In this document: piece by piece, positions 13,533-25,750 of the stretch | How the letters are laid out: every line of letters begins with the position of its first letter | How positions within the stretch are numbered: position 1 is the stretch's first letter | DNA from: Blepharisma stoltei ATCC 30299 | Taxonomy: Eukaryota; Protista; Ciliophora | Reading direction: 5' to 3' | Length of the DNA: 64,000 nt | Assembly (NCBI GenBank): GCA_965603825.1 | Contig: CBFDEM010000015.1 | Location: forward strand, 620,001 to 684,000 | Translations under genes and position numbers: made by a program | Notes under the pieces: generated by a model | The model's input: the letters and a program-made list of their open reading frames with translations, nothing else | Told to the model about the DNA's origin: nothing | Database searches by the model: none

Positions 13533-14153
13533 TTATTCTGTCTTTGGCTTATTCTTTCTAAATGCTTTCAAAAGTCCGAAAACTGCTACAAAAAGTACCA
13601 CAGCCCCACCTATTGCAACATAAACTGTATTTCCAAGCACAAAGTCTTTTACTTTATCTAAAATAGGCTTTTCCTTTGGTGCTCTAAATGGTATAGGCTT
13701 ATGATCATACTGCAAATATAATTTTTCTAGATGCACTGAAGGCAGCGTCATATCATCGTTTGGTCCTGTGTAGTTATAATACTGCCCATCTACAAAATAC
13801 AAGAAAGCAGGATAGTTTTGAACCTCAAGTCTGACAACTAGTCGCATATTCTTTTCCATGTTGACTTTTCCAGTGTTAAGTTTATAGCCTTTTTCTTTGA
13901 CTTCTTCTGAGAAGAATTTCCACTGTGGAGAATAAAAGGTGCACTTTACGCTCTCTGGGTGATAGAAATAGACAAACCATGGGTCTTTTGAATTTCGGAT
14001 GAGTTCATCGAAGTTCTTTTCTGTGATGTCGGTGGACACGTCGTCTTTGATTTCAGAGACTATTCGTAAGGCTTCTTCCATTGAGGGCTTTTCTTTAGGA
14101 TTGCCAAAGTTAAATGCAAGAGTAAGAGCTGGAATAAGCAGCCAAATTACCAT
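13533..14153 (-). CDS. Signal peptide + thioredoxin-fold + C-terminal TM protein (TMX-like, no CxxC)
   Basis: DITEKNFDEL..PWFVYFY..C...PQW..KVN..YPAF pattern; C-terminal TM helix and KPKTE tail. Confidence 0.8.
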   Translation of the reverse strand: MVIWLLIPALTLAFNFGNPKEKPSMEEALRIVSEIKDDVSTDITEKNFDELIRNSKDPWFVYFYHPESVKCTFYSPQWKFFSEEVKEKGYKLNTGKVNMEKNMRLVVRLEVQNYPAFLYFVDGQYYNYTGPNDDMTLPSVHLEKLYLQYDHKPIPFRAPKEKPILDKVKDFVLGNTVYVAIGGAVVLFVAVFGLLKAFRKNKPKTE

Positions 14154-14223
14154 TTACACGTGTAAATATTATGGAAATATTTCATATAGTAAATATTGAA
14201 TTTAAGCAACTTTATTAATATAA

Positions 14224-14928
14224 ATGATAAGGAATTTAATAAGAAAAGCACACACCTGTAATGACATTCTAGAGAACTTTTCACCGCTTTCGTCAGAGAC
14301 TGACAGAGTTTACAAGATTTTTACTAATGCAGTCAATGGGCTTTTATATCCAGAAAATGGGGAGTATCTCAGTACATTTGGGGAATGCTCATCATATTAT
14401 GCACTTCAAGGAATCAAAAAGAGGATGCAAGCCCATCCTGTAGGAGCCAAAATTCTCCAAGAGAAGCCTAGAATAAGAACTCCTTATGTAGACTTCAATA
14501 AACTTCGGGCATTATCTCCTAATACATTTGGAAAACAGTATATCGACCATATGGACTCCTTAAATTTAGTCCCTGATGAAAGGCCACTAGTAAAGCACAT
14601 TGGAGACCTAGATTTAGCCTATATTTTTCAAAGATACAAAGAAATCCACGATTTTTTGCATTTATTACTAAGTAAAGAAATCAGCGTATATGAAGAAATA
14701 GAGGTAAAAATTTATGAGTTCCAGCAGCTAGAACTCGCCTCTACTGCACTTGCCTCTTTGGTTGGGCCTCTTAGGCTGTCATTGTGGGAAAAGATTGAGT
14801 TGCTTAGAAACGGAGCCCCAAAAATGATTTCCCTTGCAAATAAAGGCAAATTCTGCATGAATGTACACTATGAAGCTCATTTCGAACAAGACATGGAGGA
14901 GTTCAAGAAGTGGTTTTTCAGTCCTTAA
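14224..14928 (+). CDS. COQ4: Ubiquinone biosynthesis protein COQ4
   Basis: ILQEKPRI, PNTFG..Y, YIFQRYKEIHDFLH...E..VK.YE (HDxxH-x11-E metal motif). Confidence 0.92.
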   Translation: MIRNLIRKAHTCNDILENFSPLSSETDRVYKIFTNAVNGLLYPENGEYLSTFGECSSYYALQGIKKRMQAHPVGAKILQEKPRIRTPYVDFNKLRALSPNTFGKQYIDHMDSLNLVPDERPLVKHIGDLDLAYIFQRYKEIHDFLHLLLSKEISVYEEIEVKIYEFQQLELASTALASLVGPLRLSLWEKIELLRNGAPKMISLANKGKFCMNVHYEAHFEQDMEEFKKWFFSP

Positions 14929-14945
14929 ATTAATTTAGACAAAAA

Positions 14946-16295
14946 TTATCTTGGGTATCTCCCGAGGACCATATTTCCATAGTCAGCGAGGGACTTGTCC
15001 TGCCTTGATTTTCCTCTTTCTTCTATTCCGAAGAACTTATTGGCGTCTTCTTGAAACTCAGGCTTGTATAGAATGGCATTAGGAGTGCCAGTCACAGGGA
15101 AGCTGGGAATGAATTTTGGAGAAGCCTTGGTGAATTTTACATCGTTAAACGCTGGGTGGGAGATAAATTCAGAAGGAATTTGTCGTGACTTTGGAGGCTC
15201 AGAGTGCTGTTTGGGTCGGAAAGGGCTTGGCATTGACTTTGTATCTCTTAAAGCTCCTGTTATTGGGTCAAAAGTGATAGTCCTAGGGTTCTTTTTAGCG
15301 TATCTCGGGAATGAAGGGCTTTCTATTTTTGAGAGTGACTGGTCTGATCGGTTTATCTCAAATTGTGAGACTTCCTCAACATATGATTTATTTACAGATC
15401 CATTTCCTTTCAGCTGATTTTTCAGCAATTCTTGGACTTCTAGGTTTTCTCTATACTGTTTTGCCCTTCTTATTTTCTGTTCCCTTTCATAAGCTTCGTC
15501 ATCTCTCAGCTTTTTCAGCTCTTCTAGCCTTCTAGCTTGTTCTTTTTCCCTTTCTAAAATCTGGATTTGCTTTTGTTGCTCTTTTAAGCTGAGCTGAAAA
15601 TCTAGGTTGCTGGTTGTTTCTTTTCTCTGCTCTTCCATTCGTACTTTATCATAAATCCCTTTATTCAGTCTATTATATGCTTCTTCTTGAGATATATTTG
15701 GGGCTGGGCTTTTTCTCTGCTGGAAGCTCTGGAGGATTTCGTCTTTTTGCCGCAGCTGCTCTTTAAGAATTTCTAGCTCTCTTGTGTATTTTTCAGCTAA
15801 ACTTAAAGGAGCTGGCTCTTGGTGAGGTTTTTCTATAGCAGGGTCGATATATTGTGTGGCTTCTTCTTGAAAAGATCTATCGAAGCCTTGCTGTTTTGTA
15901 TAGCCAGGTGACTGGTCTTCGTATTGATAGTCATTATTCCTGACAGTCCCTGCTTTTGGTTTATAATTAGGAAGTTTTTCATCATATAGTTGACTGTAAT
16001 TTTTAGGAATAGAGCTAGATCGTGGCTGATAGCTAGACTGTGTAGGCTGCTCGTAGTCTTTCTGGGGATTAGAAGGCAGGTCTTCTATATACTGTTCCCT
16101 GTTTCTAGGCTCCTCAGACGTTATAACTGGCTTCCTGACATTGTACACAATATGAGAGCTTTGGGCGTTTTTATCAACATCGAACCTTTTTCGGCCAAAT
16201 CTGAATTCTCCTGGCTCCTAAGTAATTAATACTGAGTTTAGCTGTGGGTGGACTACTCCTATGTATCCTCGGTTATATTCTGTAGTATAATTCAT
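14946..16295 (-). CDS. Hypothetical coiled-coil/low-complexity protein, ~444 aa
   Basis: Track ORF extended through a 15-nt intron at 16218-16232 (GTATTAATTACTTAG) to ATG 16295. Confidence 0.7.
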
Positions 16296-16399
16296 TAATA
16301 AAATGTTATATTAAGCGAAAATAATTAATAAGTAACAATAAGCATTCTAGATCTCTGAATAAAAATTATAATAAATATAATAATATAGAATAGATAGGA

Positions 16400-16729
16400 T
16401 TAAGGATTATTAGCATGGCTAGTCTTTTTTAGGAACGAAATTTTATATTGCAAATACAACGCAGCGAGGAAAAGCAAAAGAATAACTGCAGATTGGCCAT
16501 AAACCAGCATCGTTTTCACTTTGCTATATTTCTTGACGTCGCTCTTTGGCTTTTGTTTAGGCTTTGCATAACTTTCTCCAATTGATGTAGAGGTCCTGTT
16601 AAGATCTTCAATTAGGGAATAGCTTTTGCTAAATCTGTCTACTCCAACTGATGCAGAACTCTTATTCAATCTTTCATATCCAGCTAAATCTGCAGCCACT
16701 TTAGGATCAGGTGCATTTTTCCTTGCCAT
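16400..16729 (-). CDS. Small tail-anchored membrane protein, 109 aa
   Basis: Intact ORF with one C-terminal hydrophobic helix. Confidence 0.65.
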   Translation of the reverse strand: MARKNAPDPKVAADLAGYERLNKSSASVGVDRFSKSYSLIEDLNRTSTSIGESYAKPKQKPKSDVKKYSKVKTMLVYGQSAVILLLFLAALYLQYKISFLKKTSHANNP

Positions 16730-16869
16730 TCCTCTTATTTATTAATTATTTCCCAGTTTAATTTGAACGAACCATAAGGAAATTTATAAAACATTTTTGA
16801 TTATTTTTAAGTATTAAGTGCTAATACTCTTACTGCAAATTAAATTATTAACTTAAGCTTCTAAGCATA

Positions 16870-17886
16870 ATGGGAGAAGAAGACCAACGGAATTTGGAGA
16901 AATCAATCCAAGACCTCTGTGTCTTAATACACACAGAATTCGGGACTATGGGCGAAGAAAACCCATTCGGCGTAGGAATCACCGAAGTTATCCACATGGA
17001 CAGTTTTCAAGCCCTCGCAAGCATTATGAATATCACAGACGGTCTTTTAGACATCAAAAAACAAGCCAGAGGCACGCCTGAGTACCAACAGTTCCTAGAC
17101 AACGAAACTTACCAAAGAGCCCTCCAAAAGCTTGAGAACGAAGTCCGCAATCATATAAAAATCGAGCAACAAATGAAGCTTTATATTGATTCAATGACAG
17201 AGAAGCTTGAAAAATCAGAGAAAAAACAAAAAGGACTGACCCAAAGCAATAACAAAGTCGTGGATCAGCTCAGACAGGACACTGAGACCTTAAAAGAGCT
17301 AATTGAGTTAAGGAAAAAAGAAGTCCAAGATTTGAAAATGTCAAGCTCAGGCAAAATTAAGCTACCAACTACAGATAGGCCAATGTCAAGGACAATGGCA
17401 AAAAGAGAAGAAAAGTCTGCAGAACATGAGCAAAGGAATTCTCGGCTCCAACAGGAGTGAAAACGGTTAAAAGGGACCTTAGCTGAAAAACAAAAAGAGT
17501 ACCAAAAGCATGTGGTGGAGCTAGATAAGCTGCAAGAAGCCTTGACTTCTGTGAATGAGCCTACTCTAGAAGAGGAGCAGAAGCTTACCGACTATTATAA
17601 GCGAAAATATGAAGAAAAATGCCTAGAGGCAGCCCAAATCCAAAACAAGCTGAAACGATTACAGATTTATGAGAAAGCGCCTGTCAAAAAGCAGAAGTCA
17701 ATTTCTCCAATCCCTTCTACAAACTCAAGGAAAAGAGGGGAAGAGCAGCCTCTTTATAAGATGATTTCGAACTCCCGGTCTTCTAACAACTTGCAAAGAG
17801 TGACGTCAGTGGAAAAGCTGAGAACTGACCGAGTGCCAGTAGCAATAAAGCAGAGGGTGCAGATGTCTTATACATCTAGAAAGTAA
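16870..17886 (+). CDS. Coiled-coil protein, 338 aa
   Basis: ORFs 16870 and 17512 share a frame, joined by TGA at 17458. Confidence 0.75.
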
Positions 17887-17926
17887 TTAATGATTAACTA
17901 TTAAACTCACTTTCATACTTCAAATT

Positions 17927-20311
17927 ATGGAAGAATTTGACATCCAAAGGTCAGTTTTGTTCTCTGACGAAGAAAACAGTGAAGAAATTGGCGATGTTGA
18001 AGCCAAACTCAAAGAAGAAATTCGTGACGGCAAGTTTTCAGTCAACGAGCTGCTCCCTCCTCCCAACCCGCTGCTGCCCAAAACTTTGATGCCATCTGAG
18101 CCTGCTTTTCAAGCACAGAAAATCCCGTTTATGTAACTCTTATTCAGAGCTCTGGAACCTTTCTACGGCGATGAAGAACAAGCCGAGCAAGGCTTATCAG
18201 CTGATAGGACTGCATTTCCAGCGCCTTATCCTCCAGAGACTTCATTGCGGAGTTTATTTGAAAGTCAATCAATAGTCTACCTGAGGTCTAAATCTATATA
18301 TGACGACAGTGTTGACGCTGGCTATTTCAATGCGAATTTGTGCGACATCAAGTGTCTCATATTAAAAAAACGCTCCCTTGAGACCAAGGGACAAAGACTC
18401 TATCAAAACGAGTTGTTACAAGCTGAGTTGCCTATGTATTATCAGCCTGCTGATAGCACTGATAATACGTTAGTATTCGAGTCCAGGTTTGAGTGCGGGA
18501 ACCTCGCAATGGCTGCAAAAATAGGGGAAAACGAGTATAATCTGTTAATGTCAAATGATATCAACTCTAAAGGGCACACACAATGGTTTTTCTTTAGGGT
18601 GGAAAATACCAAGGCAAATATGAGGGTAAAATTTAACATTGTGAACTTCGCCAAGGCAGATTCACTGTTTAATGACGGCATGAGGGTGCTAGTGTACTCT
18701 TGCAAGTACTATGAAAGATATGAAAAAGGCTGGACAAGAGGCGGGGAAGATATACAGTATTATCCTAATGGGATTTTGAAAGATCCCAAGAAGACAAAAA
18801 CGTACTATAACTTGAGCTTCACTTATCAGTTTAAATATACAGGGGATTCTGTGTTTTTTGCCTACTCACTGCCGTATACATATACACAACTGCAGCAGAT
18901 GCTGGATAACTATGAAAGAGATCCAGCGAGGAACAAGTATTTTGCGAGAAAAACCCTGTGCAGGACTATTGGGGGGAATAATTGTGATTATTTGACGATC
19001 ACTAATAAAGGGACACTAGAGGAAATAAGGAATAAAAGAGGAGTTGTACTGTCAGCCAGGGTGCATCCGGGGGAAACAGTTGGGTCATGAATGATGCATG
19101 GAGTTTTGGATTTCTTGACCAGTGATGACCCAGAAGCCTCTGCGCTGAGGGATAGATATGTATTTAAAGTGGTCCCAATGCTAAATCCTGATGGTGTTAT
19201 TAATGGAAATTACAGATGTGGGTTGGTAGGAGCTGACCTGAACAGGAGGTGAAAAAATCCTATCAGCGTCCTCCACCCAACTATTTTTAGTCTCAAACGA
19301 TTAATTAAATCTATGGCTGGGAACTACGATATAGAACTTATATGTGACCTGCATGGACATTCTAGGAAGAAAAATGTGTTTATATATGGCTGCAATGTCC
19401 CTGATTCCCCTCAAGCTTGCAAAATTTTCCCTTTTATTTTGTCAAAACTTTCCCCAATTTTTAGTTATCAGTACTCAAGATTTGGGGTACAAAAGTCAAA
19501 AGAATCCACAATGAGGGTCACGATGTTTAAGGACCTGAAAATCCCTCAAATTTATACAATGGAATCGTCTTTCTGCGGAGCCGACTTCGGGCAGTACATG
19601 GGGATGCATTTTACTGGACAAATCCTAGCTGGGATTGGGAGGGACTTGTGCAGGACTTTAATTGTTTTTGGGCAAAATCAGCCAATAATTCAGTCTCCTG
19701 TTTCCAAAGGGAAAAGACAGCCAATGCCTCTAGCGAAAAGCAGAATTAAAAAAGGAAAATTACCTGAAAAAACTCCCAAAAAAGCAGAAAATAAGGCAAT
19801 GATAGAGCCTTTTAAGCTATTTGGGGTTGATTATGATGAGATTTTAAACGAAATGATGCAAAAAGAAGATATTTTACATAATGGAGAGGACGGAGAAGAC
19901 TCAAGTGGCTCAGATTCTGACCCTTCAGAGGACAATTTAGAAATTGAAGAGCTCAGGAATTTAGTCCCATTGTCTTATTCAGCCCCTACAAAGAAAAAAG
20001 AAAAAAATAAGAAAAAAATAAACCAGCCTAAGACATTTACCAGAAGGATCCCAAAACAAAAATGCAAAAAATGTGGCGAAGAAATGCAGCCTGGGCACCA
20101 ATGCAAAGTCCAGGATGCCCCTCCTCCACCTAAAAAGGCTCCTATTGGGCTCAGGACGTATTATAATCTTGCAGGGAAGCGAGTTCATGATCAAGCTACT
20201 CAGACACCTCTGTCATTATATCCTAAGGCTGCTAAAGGGATTACAGATGAAGAACCTAACCGAAGCACTTCTCCTCACGCGCTGAATGCTTCAATGGAAA
20301 ATAATTTATAA
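17927..20311 (+). CDS. Second cytosolic carboxypeptidase (Nna1/CCP/AGBL), ~789 aa
   Basis: 15-nt intron at 18133-18147. TGA=W at 19088 (ETVGS-W) and 19250 (DLNRR-W). Motifs FECGNL, HTQWFFF, ARVHPGE, DLHGHS, TMESS; C-terminal CKKC..H.C knuckle. Confidence 0.92.
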
Positions 20312-20329
20312 CTTTTATCAATATTAAAT

Positions 20330-21310
20330 ATGACTACTAGGTTGCTTGAGAACCCAGTTGAAAAAGAAGCTGAAAAAGCAGTCAAACGAGACGAGTTTCT
20401 AAAAGAGTCCAAAGAAAACTCCACCAAGTCGCGGTATGGTCTTTTTTCCTTCACAGGGACACTTGCGATATCTGATGATGCAGGATATTACAAAACTGCT
20501 TCAAAAAAACTACCAGATGGAACTGTCAAAACCGGCCCAAAAAACTTCTCGACAAGCCCAACAAGGACAGGGAAAGGGCCTGACGTTTATTTTTCGAAGC
20601 CTGAGTTCCTTAATGGAGATCTCTATAGAGATCCTATAAAGCCACAGCTAAATGAAAAAGAAAGAGCAGAAAAAATGAAAAAAAGCCATGACGTGCCCTT
20701 CCGACCAGCTGGGCCAGTAGAGGAGCCTAAAGGATACGAAAACATGCCAACTCAAACTTTCCACTATAGACAAAGAGAGCCTGATGGGTCAGTTAAGCTG
20801 GAGCCGAGAAACTTTTTTACGTCACCTCCTAAGGCAGGGGCAGCTAACTGTACACCTGGTGTTACTTTTGACAAAAAGATTGACTATATTCCTGACCCTT
20901 ATGATAGGGTCAAAGAACTAAATAGACAAAAAGCCGCTGCTGATAAGGCTAAACTCCAAGATAGGCCATTTAAGCCAAGTTCTCCATCTGGCTATACTTT
21001 TAGCGACTTTAAAACTGCTTTGGAAGACTCAAAAATTCCTTTAAAAATAAAATCCCCAAAATACAAAATGAATGTCCTTAAACATGATCGACCTTTCTTC
21101 CCAGCCAGCCCAACCAAGAAAAACATTTTAGAGGCCTGCTTTGATAAGTACCCGGAGCATATGTCAAACCCTCTAACCTACCCTCAGCGAAAATCTCCAA
21201 GCTCCCAAGCCCCTTGGAAGCCTACAGTTAATTTCATTACTAAGCCATCTCCTTCAGTAGCCCAAAATCTTGCCAATATCAGAGCTGAGTTCCCAGGAGT
21301 AAAGATATAA
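20330..21310 (+). CDS. CFAP96/C4orf47 (DUF4586)-like ciliary protein
   Basis: R.GLFS, PKNF.TSP..G, EPRNFFTSPPK.G, DPYDR and PF.P repeats, recognised from memory of the family. Confidence 0.7.
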   Translation: MTTRLLENPVEKEAEKAVKRDEFLKESKENSTKSRYGLFSFTGTLAISDDAGYYKTASKKLPDGTVKTGPKNFSTSPTRTGKGPDVYFSKPEFLNGDLYRDPIKPQLNEKERAEKMKKSHDVPFRPAGPVEEPKGYENMPTQTFHYRQREPDGSVKLEPRNFFTSPPKAGAANCTPGVTFDKKIDYIPDPYDRVKELNRQKAAADKAKLQDRPFKPSSPSGYTFSDFKTALEDSKIPLKIKSPKYKMNVLKHDRPFFPASPTKKNILEACFDKYPEHMSNPLTYPQRKSPSSQAPWKPTVNFITKPSPSVAQNLANIRAEFPGVKI

Positions 21311-21315
21311 TTAAT

Positions 21316-22476
21316 ATGCCTAAAATTAAATATAAAATGGAAGATGTTGAAGAAGCCTCAGATACAAGTGCCAACAGTTCTTTACTAGACAACTCCCGAA
21401 GCATTCTAGAATTCAACTTCGATTTACCTCAGGACAGAGACCACTACAAAAAAGATAAAAAATGTACCGTCTGCAAAACAAAATTCGGTAAAGTCGGCCT
21501 GGTGAATTTTAAAAAATACTGCTGCAAGTTCTGCTATAAAGGAGTCTGTTTGAAATGCTCACCAAAACAAGTGATGCATCCTGAAACGCTTAAGCTGGAA
21601 AGGATCTGCAGCAATTGCTATCAGAAATCCAAGGAAGCACAGGTTGTTGAAAAACAAGAACAAAACTTGATAGCGGTGCAACAGATAAGACAAGAAGTGA
21701 TTGCCAAGGTAGAAGAAGAAAATCAGTCAAAAAATAAAAATAAGCAAAATGCTAAGATTTTGGCTGAGAAATACGAGAAATTAAAGCTGGAAAAAGACCA
21801 AGAGCTAAGCCGGCTAAATGATGTTATAAAGCAGCTAAATGAACAAAGAGATACTTTAATTGACAATTTTCAACAAACTAAAGAAAAAATGAACAAGGTG
21901 CAAGAAGAAATGGCAAATCGGGATAAGCTGCAGAATGACTTAGATAATGACCTTTCTGGTATAATATCTTCTTCTGAAAGAGATAGAAATGAAATAGGCC
22001 AACTCAGAAATAACCTTGCACAGATCCAAGACGAGCATGTAAGACTAATAAGACAGATAGAAGAAATGTCAGGGCCGGTTGACACAAAGGCAAAGGTAAA
22101 AAGGAAAAGCAAAGGCGAAGAAAAAATGCTGGCAAGGATAGAAAATGCCAAACTTGAGTACCAAAAAGTATTAAATGACCATAATGATATGAAAAAAGAA
22201 CTGGAGTTTAAAGAAAGTGAGCTTAAATTGGCAGAAAAACAGATAAAAATGCTAGAAGATAGAGACCATGAAATTGAGATTCAAAATAGGCTGAAGGATA
22301 ATAAGTCAGAAACTACAGAAGGTCAAGAAGATAGAGCTGGAAATCTTAGGAAATTAATTCAGGAAAATGAGATACAGATAGATAAATTGAAAATAGAAGT
22401 GGAAAAAGCCAGAAAGCAGAAAAATATGAAGAAAAAGAAGAAGAAAGCAGTAGAGCTTAAAGGGACTGATTCATAA
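21316..22476 (+). CDS. FYVE-type zinc finger + coiled-coil protein
   Basis: CTVC..KF..KKYCCKFC...VCLKCS...ERICSNC (8 Cys); long heptad region. The start may instead be ATG 21337. Confidence 0.85.
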   Translation: MPKIKYKMEDVEEASDTSANSSLLDNSRSILEFNFDLPQDRDHYKKDKKCTVCKTKFGKVGLVNFKKYCCKFCYKGVCLKCSPKQVMHPETLKLERICSNCYQKSKEAQVVEKQEQNLIAVQQIRQEVIAKVEEENQSKNKNKQNAKILAEKYEKLKLEKDQELSRLNDVIKQLNEQRDTLIDNFQQTKEKMNKVQEEMANRDKLQNDLDNDLSGIISSSERDRNEIGQLRNNLAQIQDEHVRLIRQIEEMSGPVDTKAKVKRKSKGEEKMLARIENAKLEYQKVLNDHNDMKKELEFKESELKLAEKQIKMLEDRDHEIEIQNRLKDNKSETTEGQEDRAGNLRKLIQENEIQIDKLKIEVEKARKQKNMKKKKKKAVELKGTDS

Positions 22477-22527
22477 ATTAAATGCATTTCCTGAAATTTT
22501 ATTTTATAAGAGATTATTAAGAGATAC

Positions 22528-23304
22528 TTATTTTTTAACTTTACCAATTAGGGCCATGATTTTAAGAAATAGGCCAATAATGTCAATATATAGAATCATC
22601 GCACCAACCACATAGTCGTCTGTGGTTATTCCATACTTACTCCCATTCACTATAAGCTGGGTATCATAAATAATATAAATCCCATAAAAATTCACCCCCA
22701 CAAAGCACCAAATCTATATATAATCTACCACTGAATAATGGTTTCCTACATTGTAAAATGCAAAAATCATTAGCAAAATGATTGAAGATATAAAACTAAG
22801 AGAGACTCCTACAGGATGTCTAAATTCTTTTTTTGTCTAAATATTTGTTACTAAAAAGGCATAGACTGTCAAAACTAAAGTAACGCCTAAAGTCATTAAC
22901 GCTGCTGCAATGACAGTGTAAGCGTCATAAAATGTGTAGGCAGTTGAGACCATGTAGCTTTCGCAAAGTGTCTAAGTAATCGTCACAAAAATTATTAGCA
23001 AGATATAATTGGTAGGAACCTTGCGAGCTTTGTCTTTTGAGAATATTAATACGAGCATTAAAGCTATAGCAACTATAATAGAAATAACGAAGACTGCGAT
23101 ATCATTTTGAACGAATTCTGTTAAAGTCTCATTAGACATAACAATCCCGCAGAATATAACTGTGAGTAAAAGCTGGGAACTTAGAATTCCGTAGACTTTC
23201 CTTATAAATCCTGTATAGAAGCTACCTAATTTGTCAGTTTCCGGAGCTTTTTTCAAGTCGAAATTTGGATCATTGATTTCGAGGTTAACACCTGGATACT
23301 GCAT
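22528..23304 (-). CDS. Bax inhibitor-1/Lifeguard (TMBIM) family protein, 238 aa
   Basis: LGFIRKVYGIL..QLL.T, VPTNYILL, YDTQLI, DDY..GA..LY.DII. Four 15-nt introns: 23211-23225, 22972-22986, 22837-22851, 22714-22728. Confidence 0.88.
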
Positions 23305-23641
23305 TAAATAATTATAAGTTAGCATTAAATTCGTTTCGCCTTAAAATTAATAAATTGAAATAATTTTCGCTATAAACTAGACAGTTTGTGTTTGAAGAGG
23401 CTGGGTTTATTGCCTGATAAAATATTTACATTGCAAAAAAATGCTAATAATCATAAATCAATTCGTTGAGAATGGTAAATCTAAGATCAAAGCTAAAAAA
23501 CTCATTAATTTCTCTATCAATTGTTTTCCTATATTATCTAAAATTCTAAAACTACGAGTAGTGTTTACTAAGAATGTAGATAAATATATAACTAAAATTA
23601 ATACATCTTTAATTATATCAAAGATTAAAAAAAGTACTTAT

Positions 23642-24417
23642 TTACTTTTTAAACATCTGAATCAGTTCCATAAACCTAATAAACAGGACAATAACATCTA
23701 AGTAGATTAAAATTGCCCCAACTATATAATCATCAGTACTTAATTGATATATACTACTATCAAGAATAAGTTGAACATCAATAATAAGATAGCCCCCATA
23801 AATTAGCACACCAATAGTGCAATAAATCTAAATAAAGCCTACAACTTCTAAAAAACCACCTGAATAAAACATAAAAAAAATCATTATAGAAGTAGAGCTG
23901 ATCAATAGCACCACAAACCCCTTCATTATTTCAAAATCATATTTTTCCTACATATGCTTTACAATGCATGAATAGCCAGTGAGGATAAGAGTCACGCTTA
24001 AAGTCATAACTGCTGCTGTAATAACTGTAGAAGGGTCACACAAAGAACAGCAAGTAGCCACCATATAGCTTTCGCATAAAGTCTAAATAATTTTCACAAA
24101 TAAGAGCAAAACAAAATAATTTGTAGGAACTGCACAAGATATATTTTTGCAACATTCAGAAGAATATATAAGGCTATAGCGCAAAATGCAGCTAAGATAG
24201 CGAAGACATAATTTTCTTGAACAAACTCGGAATAAATAGGATTTGACATGACAATGGCACTAACTATGGCAGTTACTAAGAGCTGCGCACTCATGATGCC
24301 ATATACTTTTCTAATAAAATCTGCCTAGAAAATACTTAATGAGTCGTCACGAATAGGAGCTTCTTTTATATCGAAGTTTGGATCATTGACCTCAAGATGC
24401 ACACCTGGGTATTCCAT
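23642..24417 (-). pseudogene. Tandem BI-1/Lifeguard paralog with a 1-nt deletion frameshift near 24156
   Basis: Same four intron positions (24321-24335, 24083-24097, 23948-23962, 23828-23842). Spliced length is 716 nt versus 717 nt for the paralog, and VPTNY falls out of frame. Could be an assembly error. Confidence 0.7.
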
Positions 24418-25174
24418 TTTACAATTATTATAACGAATTAGAAATTTAATTATCAGAGATAAATAGATTAATATGAAACTTAATAATTTGATTAACATTT
24501 TTGAATTGCAAAGTTTTTAAAAGGCATTTGTATGCTCAAAAAATAATAAATTTTATTTTCGCAAACAATAGATTGATAATTCTATTATAGTTATTTAAAT
24601 TTTAATAAAATTTATTATGGATTACTTACGAAAAACCGAAATGATCCTATAATTAAAAAAAGGTAAAAGCGTGCAGAAGGAGTTGATTAAAATGAGAGAC
24701 AGATAATACAAATCTAATAAAAGCAACATCATTTTAAAGGCTATTCTGAAAATTTAACTTTTAGAAGAATTTTTATCATATATGAGGTTAACGCTTCAAG
24801 TAAAGGAAATATAAAAAGACTATAAAGGATAATAATGGCACAAATCCTATAGCTAAAGTTATGGCAAAAGCATAGATATTGAAATATAATTGGCACATCG
24901 AGGCTGATTAAGTAGTCTAGAAAATATTTTCTGGAAGCATTTGGAGTATACCGATTTATAAATCTTATAAAGACTCTCAAAATATGTCTTTCTTATAGCT
25001 CGCCTATTAGTTCATCGATCTATTCTGATGACTCTCTAGAATTGTCAAATTTTACTGTATTTGCCAATTTTGCCATCTTTCAGTTAGTTCGCCAGTCTAT
25101 ATTTAAAATAGCAAATTGAGTTGGAGAGACAATATCATTCCAAGCCTGGCTCAAAAATCCAAAGAATCTATAAA

Positions 25175-25430
25175 CTACATATACTTCTGAAATAGTAAAA
25201 AATATTTAAAATCTACAAATAAATGACTAAAACTCAAATTTATATCTATAATTAATAAAAATAGCATTTTTATTTTAAGCATCAAGGATTCTAATAAATT
25301 GGGCCATAATATTCTTAATAGCTGAGTATCCATAAATAATATAAACCCTAATATAATTACTCCAAAAGCGCACAAATCTATTACTAAAAAAATCACCAAA
25401 ATAAGTATAAAAATTAGCATTAACAATCAA
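25175..25430 (-). pseudogene. Probable degenerate third BI-1 fragment
   Basis: CAFGVIILGFILFMDTQLL resembles CFVGVNFYGIYIIYDTQLI of the intact paralog; the rest is decayed. Confidence 0.4.
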
Positions 25431-25750
25431 ACTTAGTACTACAAATAAGGACTATATATGCTTTTCTTATTAATTTCATAAGATAATTCTCATTCAATCA
25501 TGGTTAGAAGCTTTCTTCATGCCAAAGCTCTAATTTATCTCAAGATTTGAGACTGAAATTGAATTTAATAGTTATAAGATTAGCCTATTTATAACTGAAT
25601 AAATTGAGTATGAAAATTGCAAAAACTCTAAAAAGCGTTTGCATTAGGCAAAAAGTAAGAAGTTTAATGAAATAAGCATCTCTCAATTTCTATTAAATTT
25701 TCTAATAATCTTGCTGACATCTAAAGTTTAATTTTCCATTTTATTAATAA

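Noticed and set aside
299-20311. Split ORFs read as pseudogenes or selenoproteins
   Set aside because: The interrupting TGAs fall at conserved Trp positions, and the other stops lie inside 15-16 nt introns.
24741-24980. 79-aa hydrophobic minus-strand ORF
   Set aside because: Non-ATG start in AT-rich sequence with no motif; I cannot support it as a gene.
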